Positions 38,416-51,353 of a stretch of 64,000 bases of DNA are shown in pieces. Both the position numbers and the translations under genes were made by a program. The notes beneath the pieces were generated by a model. The model was not told the origin of the DNA. It saw only the letters and a program-made list of their open reading frames with translations, and searched no databases. Numbering within the stretch: the stretch's first letter is position 1; each line of letters opens with the position of its first letter. The DNA lies in NCBI GenBank assembly GCA_030770535.1, contig JASVEC010000010.1, positions 930,001 through 994,000 of the forward strand, written 5' to 3'. Origin of the DNA: Batkoa obscura (lineage: Eukaryota).

Positions 38416-38882
38416 TGTGGAACATCGGTTTATTAGCTTCATGATTGATTATAACATAACAATCACTTAGATTGTCGTGTTCTCGAGTTCAGAGATAATC
38501 AATCCAATGCTCTTAGTTTAATTTGCTATGAGAGTTTCTAGCTTCATCCCAAAGAATACTATCTTCTGGTTTTGACATCTGTATTTGTCAGAGTATAAAA
38601 CAGATTTTAGAACATAGTAGTTCAAGGCTTTTTAACTGAATTATTCCCTGATATTGTATCTTTAATAAAGCCACTAAATCCTTGTGATAATATTCTACGT
38701 AGACTTTATAGTAGTATTGTCTATTTTGTCTGCCTTACATAGTCCGTAGCCTATCACATTGTATGCTATTGTTCATAATTCAAGTCTATCTTAGCCATAT
38801 AAACTAAAACCTTTCGACTTACAGTATAGTCAATTAGGCAATAGCTGCTTTTGACTCCAATTACTGAGTACCAGATTTCACA
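38416..38882 (+). repeat. 467-bp LTR-like sequence, copy A
   Basis: TGTGGAAC...ATTTCACA termini, internal TATAAAA (~38594) and AATAAA (~38664); reverse complement of 39825-40291. Confidence 0.8.
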
Positions 38883-38979
38883 ACATATTAAAATTTTTAA
38901 AAATCTACTTCAAAGTTTAATTATAAAAGTTTGTATTTTATTTTTTATCTTAATAAAAGTTAAAGTTAAATAGCTATAT

Positions 38980-39277
38980 ATTTATATGTTATATATCTAT
39001 TAAACATTTTAAAAAAACAAAATAATTAAAATAAATAAAATAAGTCTTTAAACTTTTTTATCTAATTTTAGGCTTTTTAAATTTAACTAATTATACATGG
39101 GAATATATTTTTATGTTTAAGAATTTTGTTAACAATTTTTCCATCCAAATAGCGTTTGAAAGATAGAAAAAGTAATCAAGCCAAAGGGGAGACATCCCCA
39201 TATTAAGGATTTACAAATTTGAAAACTAAAAGTTTAAATTACCTTTTAAGTAAATTCTGAAACTAATTTGGGCATCC
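38980..39277. mobile_element. Degenerate terminal fragment related to the Sola-like element end
   Basis: TAATTTTAGGCTTTTTA...TAAGTAAATTCTGAAACTAATTTGGGCATCC aligns with 42782-42890. Confidence 0.6.
39099..39199. mobile_element. MITE copy 12
   Basis: Consensus match; flanks ACAT/ATAT; the empty ATAT site is seen in the related element end at ~42811. Confidence 0.82.
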
Positions 39278-39659
39278 ATATATATTAAAAGCTATAATAG
39301 TGTTCATACAACTTAGAATTTAAATACTAAAAATTTAATTATAACTTTACTTATTGATTTTAAAATATTTTAACTTATTTAACAATATCATAAAACATTT
39401 ACAAAATATTATGCTAATATCACTTTTTAGGTTTTAATTATAAAGGTATTTTGTTTATATATATGTATATTAGTTTGATTTTTGGGCTATAAAACACAAA
39501 AATTATTTTTAATATATTATTGAATTTAGCTATCAAATGGTTTGCTGAACCACCCATAGATTTGTTGCTAAAAATTATTCAAATAAATAATTCCCACAAG
39601 GACAATAATAATAAAATATTTTACCGTTAATAATAAGATAGAATATAGATTTAACAAAT

Positions 39660-39759
39660 GGAGGTGGATATTTTTGCTTAAGAATTTTTACCAGCAGTCT
39701 TTCTGCTCAAATAGCACTTAAAAGGCGGAAAAAGTAATGAAGTCAAAAAAAACACTCCC
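39660..39759. mobile_element. MITE copy 13
   Basis: Consensus match; flanks AAAT/ATAT. Confidence 0.82.
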
Positions 39760-39824
39760 ATATGATAACTAAATAGATTGTGTAAAATAAATAAACTATA
39801 TCATTAATAAGCTATACAAAAAAC

Positions 39825-40291
39825 TGCAAAATCTGGTACTCAGTAATTGGAGTCAAAAGCAGCTATTGCCTAATTGACTATACTGTAAGTCGAAAGGTTT
39901 TAGTTTATATGGCTAAGATAGACTTGAATTATGAACAATAGCATACAATGTGATAGGCTACGGACTATGTAAGGCAGACAAAATAGACAATACTACTATA
40001 AAGTCTACGTAGAATATTATCACAAGGATTTAGTGGCTTTATTAAAGATACAATATCAGGGAATAATTCAGTTAAAAAGCCTTGAACTACTATGTTCTAA
40101 AATCTGTTTTATACTCTGACAAATACAGATGTCAAAACCAGAAGATAGTATTCTTTGGGATGAAGCTAGAAACTCTCATAGCAAATTAAACTAAGAGCAT
40201 TGGATTGATTATCTCTGAACTCGAGAACACGACAATCTAAGTGATTGTTATGTTATAATCAATCATGAAGCTAATAAACCGATGTTTCACA
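39825..40291 (-). repeat. 467-bp LTR-like sequence, copy B (inverted)
   Basis: Reverse complement of 38416-38882; by eye it differs only within the terminal ~6 bp. Confidence 0.8.
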
Positions 40292-40396
40292 TATAACAAT
40301 ATTTTTTTAAAAATATTTGGCAATAATCTTTAGCAATATAAACAGTTTAGTCTTTATTTTTACTTAATTAATTATGGTAGTTGTATTTTAGTATTT

Positions 40397-42890
40397 GGGG
40401 TTGTCTGAATTAGTTTCATTATTTTATCCAATTTTTGAAAAATTTTGTATTTTAAAAACTTCGCTTAAAATTCTATAAAATCACATCTTTTATTAAAACA
40501 AAAGTACCCAAACACAGTTCTAAATCATTCTATTATAGCTCATACTGTAAGTTAGTTGAATTTCTACTAGATCTTAAATACATGTTCTTATAAAGCTTAA
40601 TTGAGAAATATTTATTATCAACTGCTTTATAACCAACATCGTAGATTTATTATCAAATAAATAAACTATTTTAATGTTATAATTACATTATTAATATATT
40701 GCCAAGTTAATAAATAGCTGCATGGGAGGGAGTGGTTAGCCCCAAAACTATAATTAACCATCCCTATATAGTACAAGTAATAATAGTTTTTACATATTAT
40801 TACAGTTACTTGTTCTTTGACTATTTATTAACTTAGCTATTAACAACTTAAGTAATCTTAACATTTAACAATCTATTTCTATCATTCAACAAACTACTTA
40901 CTTGCTTAGTAAATATCGAAATTTTTAAATTCTCTGTTATCTTCGTAAGGTAAGCTGGGATCGATCTTTTAATTTTTCTGTTTTCTATAGACTCTATAAC
41001 TTTAATTGGAACTATATCGCTTTTTTTTGATGTATCAGATACTGGATAACAATGTAGTTTATTGTTATGTTTAATAAAGTGTAAATACTTCTTAATGCCC
41101 TGGATCTCTATTGTTCTTTTTGTATTTTTGTTTCTTTTATACTTTTTAAAAATTATATCTGTTTTCCCATTATTAATAGTCAAGTTATTAATTTTATTAT
41201 GCTCGCAAATAAAAGCCTCAAATCTTGAAATTAATTGATCGATATCTTCTATTTTACCTAACGCTTCAAAAGTACTTTTCCATTTTGAAAGGTTTCCAAA
41301 TCCAAAATCCATCAACTATACTTTTTCCATGATGCTCAGCAAAAAAATTAAGATTAACATCCAAACTACTATTTATTTTATGAATTTCTTTAAACATATA
41401 GTGTAGAAACTCTTGGGATCTAAAATGATTTCCTGTATCTGCCCATATATTAATTTTTGTAAACTTTTTAAATAGAAGCTCTGTAGAGATCAAATTGATT
41501 AAACAATCTCCTGCATATGCTGAATCATGATTCAATATTTCAGATAAATAATCAAAGTAAACTTTGCCTATTGTTTTATCATCTTTTAAATATAATACAC
41601 CAAAGCCTAATACTGATATAGCTTGTTTATTATAATGATCTAGATTTATTGAATCTGGTCTTGTTCCTATTTCCATGTTTTGTTTAAAATCTAAAACTAT
41701 TATACAACTTTTGTTATTTAATTTTTTAATAGTTTCATTAAATGTGTTTTTTTGAGTATCAACACAGAATTTGTGTAATTTGTATAATTTTTCTTCTTCG
41801 TTGAAAATTTCTTCTATCCCTGCTTTGTTTTTTGCTGTATTTATTTTATTTTCAAATAACTTTTTTCTAACTGTATACTGGGTACATATATTACATAGAT
41901 CCGTTTTTCTTGCTGGATTTTTGAAATTAGTTGGTATATATTTAAAGAACGTTGACCTAGCTACTGCTTTATCTCTTAGATCATTCAAATATTTACTATA
42001 TATCATTCTTCTACTTTTATTTAATATATATATCATCTGATGAATATTTACTATCATTATTTTTTTTATTAAATCTTGATGAAATAGTTGAATCATTTAG
42101 TAAATATTGTATGATAGTTTCAATTTGGTCATCTTTAATTTTTTTGTATTTTTAATAATAGGTTTTAATGTTGATATTTGATTATTATTACTTGTTTTTG
42201 AATAATCATATTGATTTTTATTTATATTAAACCCAAAACTCTTATATTCATCAAAAGAATATACTGAAACTATAGTTGATAATAACGCTACTTGCTGATT
42301 TTTGTTTCCTGTTTCCCTCAAAGCACTAATTTTATACATTACTTGATTAAGTTTATTATTGTTGATAGTAAACTTTGATAAATATATCTTTTCTTTGTTT
42401 TGTTTTATTATAAAATTCCATAAACCTTGGGTTGTTATAAGTAGCTCTTAAAATTGATGTAAATGAATTACAATGTTTATATTGTGTACTCCTCCCTATT
42501 GTATTGAAATTTTCAAAAATTCCATTTCGAAGTTTAGTTATGAAAGTTTGCATTTTATTTTTATTTCAACAAAAATAAAGTCAAATAAAGTCAAATAAAG
42601 TCAAATAAAGTCAAATAACTGTATTTATATAATTATGTATTTATATAATTATATAATCATATAGTTGTATATTATATATCTGTTAAATATCTAACAGAAC
42701 TAACATAAAATATATATTAGTTAGGAAAATTAGCTACTTAAGAAAAGAAAACAATTAAAATAAGTTTTAAATAGAGACATTTAATTTTAGGCTTTTTAGA
42801 TTTAACCATTATATTGAACACAAACTTGAAATTTTAAATATTAATTTTGGATTAATTTAAGTAGATTCTGAAACCAATTAGGACAGCCCC
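40397..42890 (-). mobile_element. Full-length 2.5-kb DNA transposon, Sola-like (probably Sola2)
   Basis: 22-bp imperfect TIRs (GGGGTTGTCTGAATTAGTTTCA / GGGGCTGTCCTAATTGGTTTCA), ATTT TSD at 40393-40396 and 42891-42894, and an internal transposase. Confidence 0.88.
40848..42553 (-). pseudogene. DDD-type transposase, split by several small indels
   Basis: Consecutive ORFs give RKTDLCNIC, IIVLDFKQN, HDS, IWADTGNHFRSQE and NFFAEHHGKSIVDG(HFG). Confidence 0.85.
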
Positions 42891-42894
42891 ATTT

Positions 42895-43800
42895 GTAGTC
42901 ACCAGTATCATTCTTCTCTATCTAGCAATAAGAATAAATAAACATATACAAGGTTTGAAATTAGTCATATTAATAGTAATCATTGGTCTTATGGTACCTT
43001 TAGTTTGGATATCTGGCATAATATATATACTAATAAGAGAAGACGATGTTGTTGATAATTCTAGTTCATATCAATATTTAGGGTTTTTTACAGTTTCATT
43101 CCTTTTTTATCAATTTATCGTTTCTGCCTTCTTGACGTTGGAAAGATTAAATATTGCCATCAAAATCAACTCCATTAGATATATTTATACTAAAGGTTTT
43201 ATCAATAGTGTTTCATCCAGTATTATATATTTTTTTAGTTACTAAGTGGGGATGTATTTTTGCGTTTAAGAATTTTACCAGCAAATTTTCCATTCAAATA
43301 GCGCTTAAAAAATGGAAAAAGCAATGAAGCCAAAAAGCACCCCCAAGTTCAAATTTTATCTATAAATTGCAAAGTCGGCTTGTTTGATATATCCTAAAAC
43401 TTCATTGGTCAAGTATACCATTTTATCATTTTACTACAATTTCATTTATAAGTTTATTAATGATAATGGCCTGTTATATAAAATCGGATTATTCTCCAAG
43501 TAGCTTACACTCAATTTTTAGTCTTTGATAATTAAAAACAAGCTTTGATGTGGCAAAAAAATCAAGAAGCTCATTAAGAATTTATTTTACTATCTCTCTT
43601 TACTCTGTCTGCATGCTTTCAGATCTTTTTTTCTATTTACTTGATTGACCACTTGATTAGTTACAGATCTATTTTAATTTTAATATGAGCTTGGTGCCAT
43701 TGCTGCTATTTTGATTGCTTTGGATTTCTTGTGTAACTCAACTCTACTTTAGTGCTTACAACGTATATTTTGGTAAATTAAGAACCTGTATCAAAGTAGA
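42895..43800 (+). pseudogene. 7TM receptor paralog 6, heavily degraded; transposon at 5' end, MITE inside
   Basis: KLVILIVIIGLMVPL...YQYLGFF...FLTLERL; nucleotide homology to paralogs 3-5 continues to ~43800. Confidence 0.8.
43248..43344. mobile_element. MITE copy 14, inside 7TM paralog 6
   Basis: AAGT/AAGT TSD; this non-palindromic flank shows that the duplication is 4 bp. Confidence 0.92.
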
Positions 43801-44034
43801 AAAGTTCAAGCAACAGCATTTCAAATCTGTATAAATAAACGAATTAATACAAAAGAAATAGAAATTTAAAATACACGACATCAATAGTTAAATGAAAGGT
43901 AAAATGTTGATTCTACCATAATTCTATTTTCAATTTCTTTGATATCAATTGTTTATTTCAGTCAATACAACCTTGTTTGCTTTCTAATATGTTTAACTTT
44001 ATGGTTTATTTTACCAAAATATTTGACGACGTAT

Positions 44035-44131
44035 GGGGATGTATTCTTGTTTAAGAATTTTACTAACACTTTTTCCGCTCAAATAGTGCTTAAAAAATAG
44101 AAAAAGTGGTGAAGCCAAAAAATACATCACC
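44035..44131. mobile_element. MITE copy 15
   Basis: Consensus match; TSD not preserved. Confidence 0.82.
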
Positions 44132-44676
44132 ATAATAGCTGCTGCAGCAATTTTATTACAGCCTAACTTGCCTTTGATCTTTAGAGCTAGTGTTTATTTG
44201 ACATTTTTCATGTGTAATTTGTTATCCAAATCTAATAATTTTTTTCTTAAATGAATAGTCAACTAAGATGTAATAGAGTTTTAGCGGCTATAGCATCATT
44301 GATCTTTCTTGCTTAATATCAATTTTCCGATAGCGCGTGGTTTCAAGTTTATTTAGTTTAAAAATGTCTAATAAATCCTATATTAACAGTTAGAATATAA
44401 TAGCAAGTAAAAGCTAATAAATTCTCGAAACCTGGTAAAGTGTTGTACTTCAAGTGTAATATTTGCATAAATTATTTTGAAACTTAAGCCAAAGTTTGTT
44501 TTAACCAAAAGATTTTCCCAAAAAAGCATGGTGACTATTTTTTGTTAGAACCTAAATTAACCGCACAATTTTTTAGTTTTAGAAGCCAAATTATGCTTCT
44601 ATTTAATGGACCAATCATCAGGATGGTAACTTGGGGTATAATATAATGTTTTTTCATAGTTATGTTTTAAGTTTTA

Positions 44677-47600
44677 ATGATTAAAAAGCTGGTACCAGTT
44701 AAAAATCCAGAATCAATGTCGTCTTTATTTTTCAGTAAAAGGAATACTAAAAAAAGTACATTAAGAGGAAACAGTGGAGACAGCTTGGGGTCAGTAACTT
44801 CAGATAATTCAAATGACGATAGTTTCACTAGCTTTCTATGGAATTATGCTTGGTAGTACTAATAAATCAGATATCGTAATTGACACATAATTGTTGTCTT
44901 TTCCCTTCTTATGGTGTTAAGGTTGGTAGTGGCAGGGACTCATATTGGAATATTAAAATCAAAGGTCGAGCTTTTAATAGACCAAAGCCCACTCGCAGTC
45001 ATAAGTTAGCTTTAGCTTTAGCTAGAAAGGTAGTTGGAATAACTAAAGAAGATGTGGAAAATAGGAGCTTAGAAGAAAGATTTGGCTTCTTTCTTGATGC
45101 TAATTCTATCAATTTAACAATGAATATCGATGTACTTGGATTAACTTGTACAAATACAATGGAAATATCTACTGAACCAATATTTACGGAAGAGCCTGAA
45201 GACGACATCCTTGCTTTTGAGTCAAAAACTCTTCCAAAAAAAGTTCGTGAAAGAGAATCAGATAAAAGCAACAAACTTGAACCAGGTTCATTTACTAATA
45301 CATGTGATATGATAAGCAACAATATTATTTCAGGAAATCGAAAGTTAAAAACTCATCCAGTTGAGGTTAAAGATGGACATTTTAATACAGATATACAGGT
45401 TCCAGATGAAATCATACAAACATGGAAAAGCAACATATCAAAGGATCAACCTGACAACATTTTAGTTGTACAAGCTAAGCATTGCAAAACTAGCCCGGGT
45501 GTAACTGGGCAAATCCAGTTACTTGATGAGTATGGAATATCGATTATTAGTGATATTGACGATACCATTAAAGATTCAGGAGTTTATTTAGGTAAAAAGG
45601 TAGTTTTAAGTAATACCTTTTTGTATGATTGTAAAGATGTTACCGGTATGTCTGACGTATATAAATATTGGTGGATCCAAGGAGCCGCTTTTCATTATGT
45701 TTCTAATTCACCATGGCAGCTTTTACCAATGTTAGAAAGATTTTTTTAGGAAACATTCTTTCCATGGATCAGCGCATCTTAAGCTGTTTGATATAAGATC
45801 TCATAAATCCTTTTTTATGAACCTCAAGGAAGTAAAAAAGCTTCCATTTTACAGTTATTTCAAGATTTTCCAAATAGAAAGTTTATTTTAATAGGCGATT
45901 CTGGTGAAATGGATTTAGAGTTATATACCAGTTTAGCAAGGGAGCATCCAGAAAGTGTTGTCAAGATTTTTATAAGAGATATCACTACACCGCTTTTAAA
46001 GAAAAAATCGTCACTTTCTAACTTAGCTAAAAACAATGGTTCTTCGAGTAGTTTATCAAAACTCAAAAGCAGCGTTTCAGGACTAAGGGGAGTGACTAAA
46101 GCAAGGGGCAGTGTATCTAGTTTAAAGGATGCAGTCCATTGGCTTTCAGGTAGACAAGATAAATATCCCACAGTGACACAAAGCCCTAACTGTAGTAGAA
46201 CATCACTTAGCTCTGATGCAGGGTTAGAAACCAAGGTTAACAGTTCGCTTTTCTAGTAGTATTGATACAAATACTTTACCCCTATTCAGCCATTAAGAAG
46301 TGATAGCACTAATAGTTTCAGTAGCACTGATTCTGGAAAATTCGCTTCAAAAGCACTAATAGTTTCAGTAGCACTGATTCTGGAAATTCGCTTCAAAACG
46401 AAGATATGTCAAATTCCATTAATGGTATGCCAAACAATAATCATATCAAACTTAGAATGAAGTTTCAACATCGAGTCAATCAAGCTACCAAAGGATTAAC
46501 TCCCAATTTATGGCAGGGACTCATATTGGAATATTAAAATCAAAGGTCGAGCTTTTAATAGACCAAAGCCCACTCGCAGTCATAAGTTAGCTTTAGCTTT
46601 AGCTAGAAAGGTAGTTGGAATAACTAAAGAAGATGTGGAAAATAGGAGCTTAGAAGAAAGATTTGGCTTCTTTCTTGATGCTAATTCTATCAATTTAACA
46701 ATGAATATCGATGTACTTGGATTAACTTGTACAAATACAATGGAAATATCTACTGAACCAATATTTACGGAAGAGCCTGAAGACGACATCCTTGCTTTTG
46801 AGTCAAAAACTCTTCCAAAAAAAGTTCGTGAAAGAGAATCAGATAAAAGCAACAAAACTTGAACCAGGTTCATTTACTAATACATGTGATATGATAAGCA
46901 ACAATATTATTTCAGGAAATCGAAAGTTAAAAACTCATCCAGTTGAGGTTAAAGATGGACATTTTAATACAGATATACAGGTTCCAGATGAAATCATACA
47001 AACATGGAAAAGCAACATATCAAAGGATCAACCTGACAACATTTTAGTTGTACAAGCTAAGCATTCCAAAACTAGCCGGGCGTAACTGGGCAAATCCAGT
47101 TACTTGATGAGTATGGAATATCGATTATTAGTGATATTGACGATACCATTAAAGATTCAGGAGTTTATTTAGGTAAAAAGGTAGTTTTAAGTAATACCTT
47201 TTTGTATGATTGTAAAGATGTTACCGGTATGTCTGACGTATATAAATATTGGTGGATCCAAGGAGCCGCTTTTCATTATGTTTCTAATTCACCATGGCAG
47301 CTTTTACCAATGCTAGAAGATTTTTTTAGGAAACATTCTTTCCCATCTGGATCAGCGCATCTTAAGCTGTTTGATATAAGATCTCATAAATCCTTTTTTT
47401 ATGAACCTCAAGGAAGTAAAAAAGCTTCCATTTTACAGTTATTTCAAGATTTTCCAAATAGAAAGTTTATTTTAATAGGCGATTCTGGTGAAATGGATTT
47501 AGAGTTATATACCAGTTTAGCAAGGGAGCATCCAGAAAGTGTTGTCAAGATTTTTATAAGAGATATCACTACACCGCTTTTAAAGAAAAAATCGTCACTT

Positions 47601-48101
47601 TCTAACTTAGCTAAAAACAATGGTTCTTCGAGTAGTTTATCAAAACTCAAAAGCAGCGTTTCAGGACTAAGGGGAGTGACTAAAGCAAGGGGCAGTGTAT
47701 CTAGTTTAAAGGATGCAGTCCATTGGCTTTCAGGTAGACAAGATAAATATCCCACAGTGACACAAAGCCCTAACTGTAGTAGAACATCACTTAGTTCTGA
47801 TGCAGGGTTAGAAACCAAGGTTAACAGTTCGCTTTCTAGTAGTATTGATACAAATACTTTACACCCTATTCAGCCATTAAGAAGTGATAGCACTAATAGT
47901 TTCAGTAGCACTGATTCTGGAAATTCGCTTCAAAACGAAGATATGTCAAATTCCATTAATGGTATGCCAAACAATAATCATATCAAACTTAGAATGAAGT
48001 TTCAACATCGAGTCAATCAAGCTACCAAAGGATTAACTCCCAATTTAGTCACCCTCTTTGAATCGCCAAATCAATTATTAGAATCGTTAAAGCCTCTTTG
48101 A
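44677..48101 (+). CDS. App1-type phosphatidate phosphatase gene, present as two frameshifted tandem copies
   Basis: GISIISDIDDTIK (DxDxT), FHYVSNSPWQL and RKFILIGDSGEMD. The two copies complement each other's frameshifts. The start is uncertain. Confidence 0.82.
44930..48047. repeat. Tandem near-identical duplication (44930-46510 / 46511-48047)
   Basis: Junction CCCAATTTA|TGGCAGGGAC at 46510/46511; the copies differ mainly by small indels. Confidence 0.93.
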
Positions 48102-48512
48102 ATCGCCAAATCAATTATTAGAATGTCCAATCGTTAAGCAGGTTTTGTAATTTTAATAGTTGTGTTTTAGTTTTTGTAATTTTAATAGTTGTTTGTTATT
48201 TCACTTTAAGTTAGTTTTTTTATTTTCCTTAGTACTATTGGAAATGAAGATACTAAATGCCTTCCCAATCTATATATTTAGCTAATAAAATAAAAAATAA
48301 AATCGATATGTTATTTTATATTCTTTGTTTTAATATTATAATATCTACCATTTATAAATTTAATTCTCATCGCAAAATCCAGGTTTACTAATTTATTTCA
48401 TTCATATAGCTGTTAAATAATTATCAGACTCTCACTTAAATTCAAACATTAAACTATTTTAAATAATCATATTAAAATAAAATAATTTAAATAAATATAC
48501 TTTAGTTAAATT

Positions 48513-49722
48513 TTAACTATAATAGGATAATGCTAAAGGGAACAATAAAATGAAAGCTACTATTAAAGGAGTGAATCGGTTATCCTCATTTGCGATTATA
48601 TTATATGAACTTGGAGTTGAATCACTATTAAATTCAAAATAATTTAATAAGCTATCAATAAACTGGGTTGAGAAATCACTTTGATTATGATTAGCGCCCT
48701 CAATTTCATCTACATTTTCTAGTTTGACTGGTTCATAATTAGTTAAAATAGTGTTGTTCACCTCTTCTTCGTTTGAAGTAATAATTACATTTTGCTTTGA
48801 ACCAAAGAAATCCATTAACAATACTTCATCGAATTTTCTATCGATGTTATCTGTAACAAACCCAGGATGAGCATCTAACTTACTTGGGTCATAAAAATCA
48901 AACAACTCTTTCAATGTTTTTTGACTTTCTGGATTGACACCCTTCATAAACTCAAGGGTAAAATGAGTAAGCCTTTCAACAACAGTAACTCCAAGATCAT
49001 TATGGTTATTGTAAGAATATGATTTCTCTCCAATTTTACTTGAACCTACAGATATAATATTTGGTGACCTAATCTTAGAATATAAAGAATTTGCTTCACA
49101 TGTATCAATGATGTATAAAATTTCGTTGTACCTAGATTTTTGATTCATTTGCATAAACGCGTCCCCAATCTCTTGAGCAGTGATCTCCTCGCTATCTTGA
49201 AACTTCAAAAAATTCTCTCCACCATGGCCGGTAAGATAAACTAGTATATTTGAGTTTTCATCCGTTTGTAATCTTTTGGATTTAGGTACATTTTCAGGCA
49301 GCCTGTTAGTGAGTACACGAACAAAATTTTCAACTGTCACGTCATATCCTTTGTAATCCACTTCAATATCATTTCCGTAAAGGTCTTCGTCATTGGTATC
49401 TCTGAATACTTGACCTGGGAATTTGTTTCTTGGATTGCACGCTATGTCATCAGCTAACATTAAAATTATATTGGAGTCTGGAATTCCTAACCTTTTTACT
49501 GTTCGATAAATCCCTATGGCACTCGACAAATGCCTGTAATTAAACCAAAACCTGGAGGCGCTTACCTAGAAAGCGTAAATTAGGGCTAAAATAGATCATA
49601 TGAACACTTACTATAACTGCCCAATTATTCGTATGCTTTGATTTAGTAGAACTGATAAATTTCTCATTGTCAGCACATATAAAGAGTAAATAAAAGTTGA
49701 ATAAAATTAGTTGTAAATTCAT
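48513..49722 (-). CDS. GPI8: GPI-anchor transamidase catalytic subunit (C13 peptidase), one intron near 49565-49610
   Basis: HTNNWAVI|VSASRFWFNYRH, KRLGIPDSNIILMLADD, YLTGHGGENFLKFQD, IDTCEA and a C-terminal TM. Confidence 0.95.
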
Positions 49723-49897
49723 TATTTAAAAAAGGTGAAGTTAATTAATCACAAAGCTTTTATTTAAGATACCAAAGCACTTTTTAACCAATTAAAATTA
49801 CTAATGATGAGATAGAGAATAAATTTATTAAAGATTTTAAAGAAACATTGCTCCAATTTATTAGAGAACAGTTTTAAGATATATTATATAACGTAAA

Positions 49898-50543
49898 ATG
49901 GATCATTCAATGCATAACATGCCAAAATCAGGAGGTATGAATCATGGAGAATGTTCAATGAAAGTAAAGCTGTCATAATTATTATAACTTATAGTTTTAA
50001 AGAGTATTAAATATTAGATGACCATCAACGCAGATGTTGAAAACATTTGTGTACTTTTTGATTTCTGGAGAATCAATGGAGCTTTATCAATGGTATTGTC
50101 TTGTTTAATAATATTCATCTTAGGCATTGGATATGAATATTTAAGAAGTTTAAGCCAAAACTGGCAGGAGAGAATTGAGAGGAGTTATCGTGTATTAGCA
50201 AATTCTGAGCCAGAATCAATACATTTAGAAGATAGCTATGACCCATTAACTTCCCCGCGTTTGTTACAAGACGAAAGCCTAGAGGATACTATCAATATAA
50301 AAAGGTATTTATTTCTATTATTAAAATTTTAAATGTTAAAAAATGTTTAGAAAACCTGTAAGTCGTTTCCCTTTAAGCATAATTTATGCTATCCAAGTTT
50401 TTTATTCTTTCATGCTAATGCTTATATTCATGACCTACAATATCTATCTTATGCTGGCCGTAACTTTTGGTGCTTTATTTGGTCATTTTTTTATTTCTGC
50501 ATTTAAACCTTTATCTGCAAGTAGATCATTTGCCTGTCACTAA
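49898..50543 (+). CDS. Ctr-family copper transporter, 3 exons
   Basis: Met/His-rich N-terminus MDHSMHNM..MNHGECSMK, YEYLR, MLMLIFMTYN (MxxxM), GALFG and a C-terminal CH. Confidence 0.92.
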
Positions 50544-50671
50544 TATTTTTACTCTAATAAATGGGTAGATTTAAAAATCTTTAAAACAGATAACTAAATC
50601 TTTGAATAATAATAATTTATTAATAAAATGGGATTGTTATCTGACTTTACTATTGTAAGTGAGTCTAGTTT

Positions 50672-50919
50672 TTAATCTGCTCTTTTCTCACTCTTTAACT
50701 CAAGTAATATGGTTGCTAATGACTCTGGATTATAACCTTGTTCTGTAAGGGATAATACATTAGATATACTTTCTTTATCTAAGTCTAAATTTAATAATTG
50801 TGACAATTCCTGTAATTCTAACTCATTTAAAAGATAAAATATCAGAAATAATACTATTTACCTCCTATGATATCTCTTGTTTCTACGGCTACTATCTCAT
50901 TATCACTATAATCTTCCAT
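50672..50919 (-). CDS. MZT1: MOZART1 gamma-tubulin complex protein, 2 exons (50862-50919, 50672-50817)
   Basis: Spliced translation MEDYSDNEIVAVETRDIIGELQELSQLLNLDLDKESISNVLSLTEQGYNPESLATILLELKSEKRAD matches the Mzt1 pattern. Absent from the ORF track. Confidence 0.85.
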
Positions 50920-51353
50920 TTTTTTAAAGTTTAAAAGTTGACTTTTTTTTTTTAGAAACATTCAAATTATTGCAAAAAAGTAAAAAATAAATTACAAAAT
51001 ATTAAATTCTTGATTTAGGTTTTCGAAATTTTATGTTCACTTTATCTATAGCAAATATCTATTTTGAACTTGAGTTATTACATTTAATGAGAATAGTATT
51101 TAAATAAACTATTTTAAAAAATAAAGAGGAACATAATAAATTAATTTATTTTAAGCTTAAAATTGCAAGTTTAAAAAAGTACAAATAAAATATTCTATAA
51201 AAATTTAATTAAAGATTAAAGATAGCTACATACATAGCAACTATTGATTAAAGCTATCAAATAAAATTTAAATGATTTACAACACCAACTTACTAAGAAT
51301 TAAAACAATTTAAATTTAAAGAGAAGATATTATATCGTATAATGAGGTTTACA

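Noticed and set aside
44999..47818. Minus-strand ORFs within the App1 duplication
   Set aside because: Antisense shadows of the App1 coding sequence.
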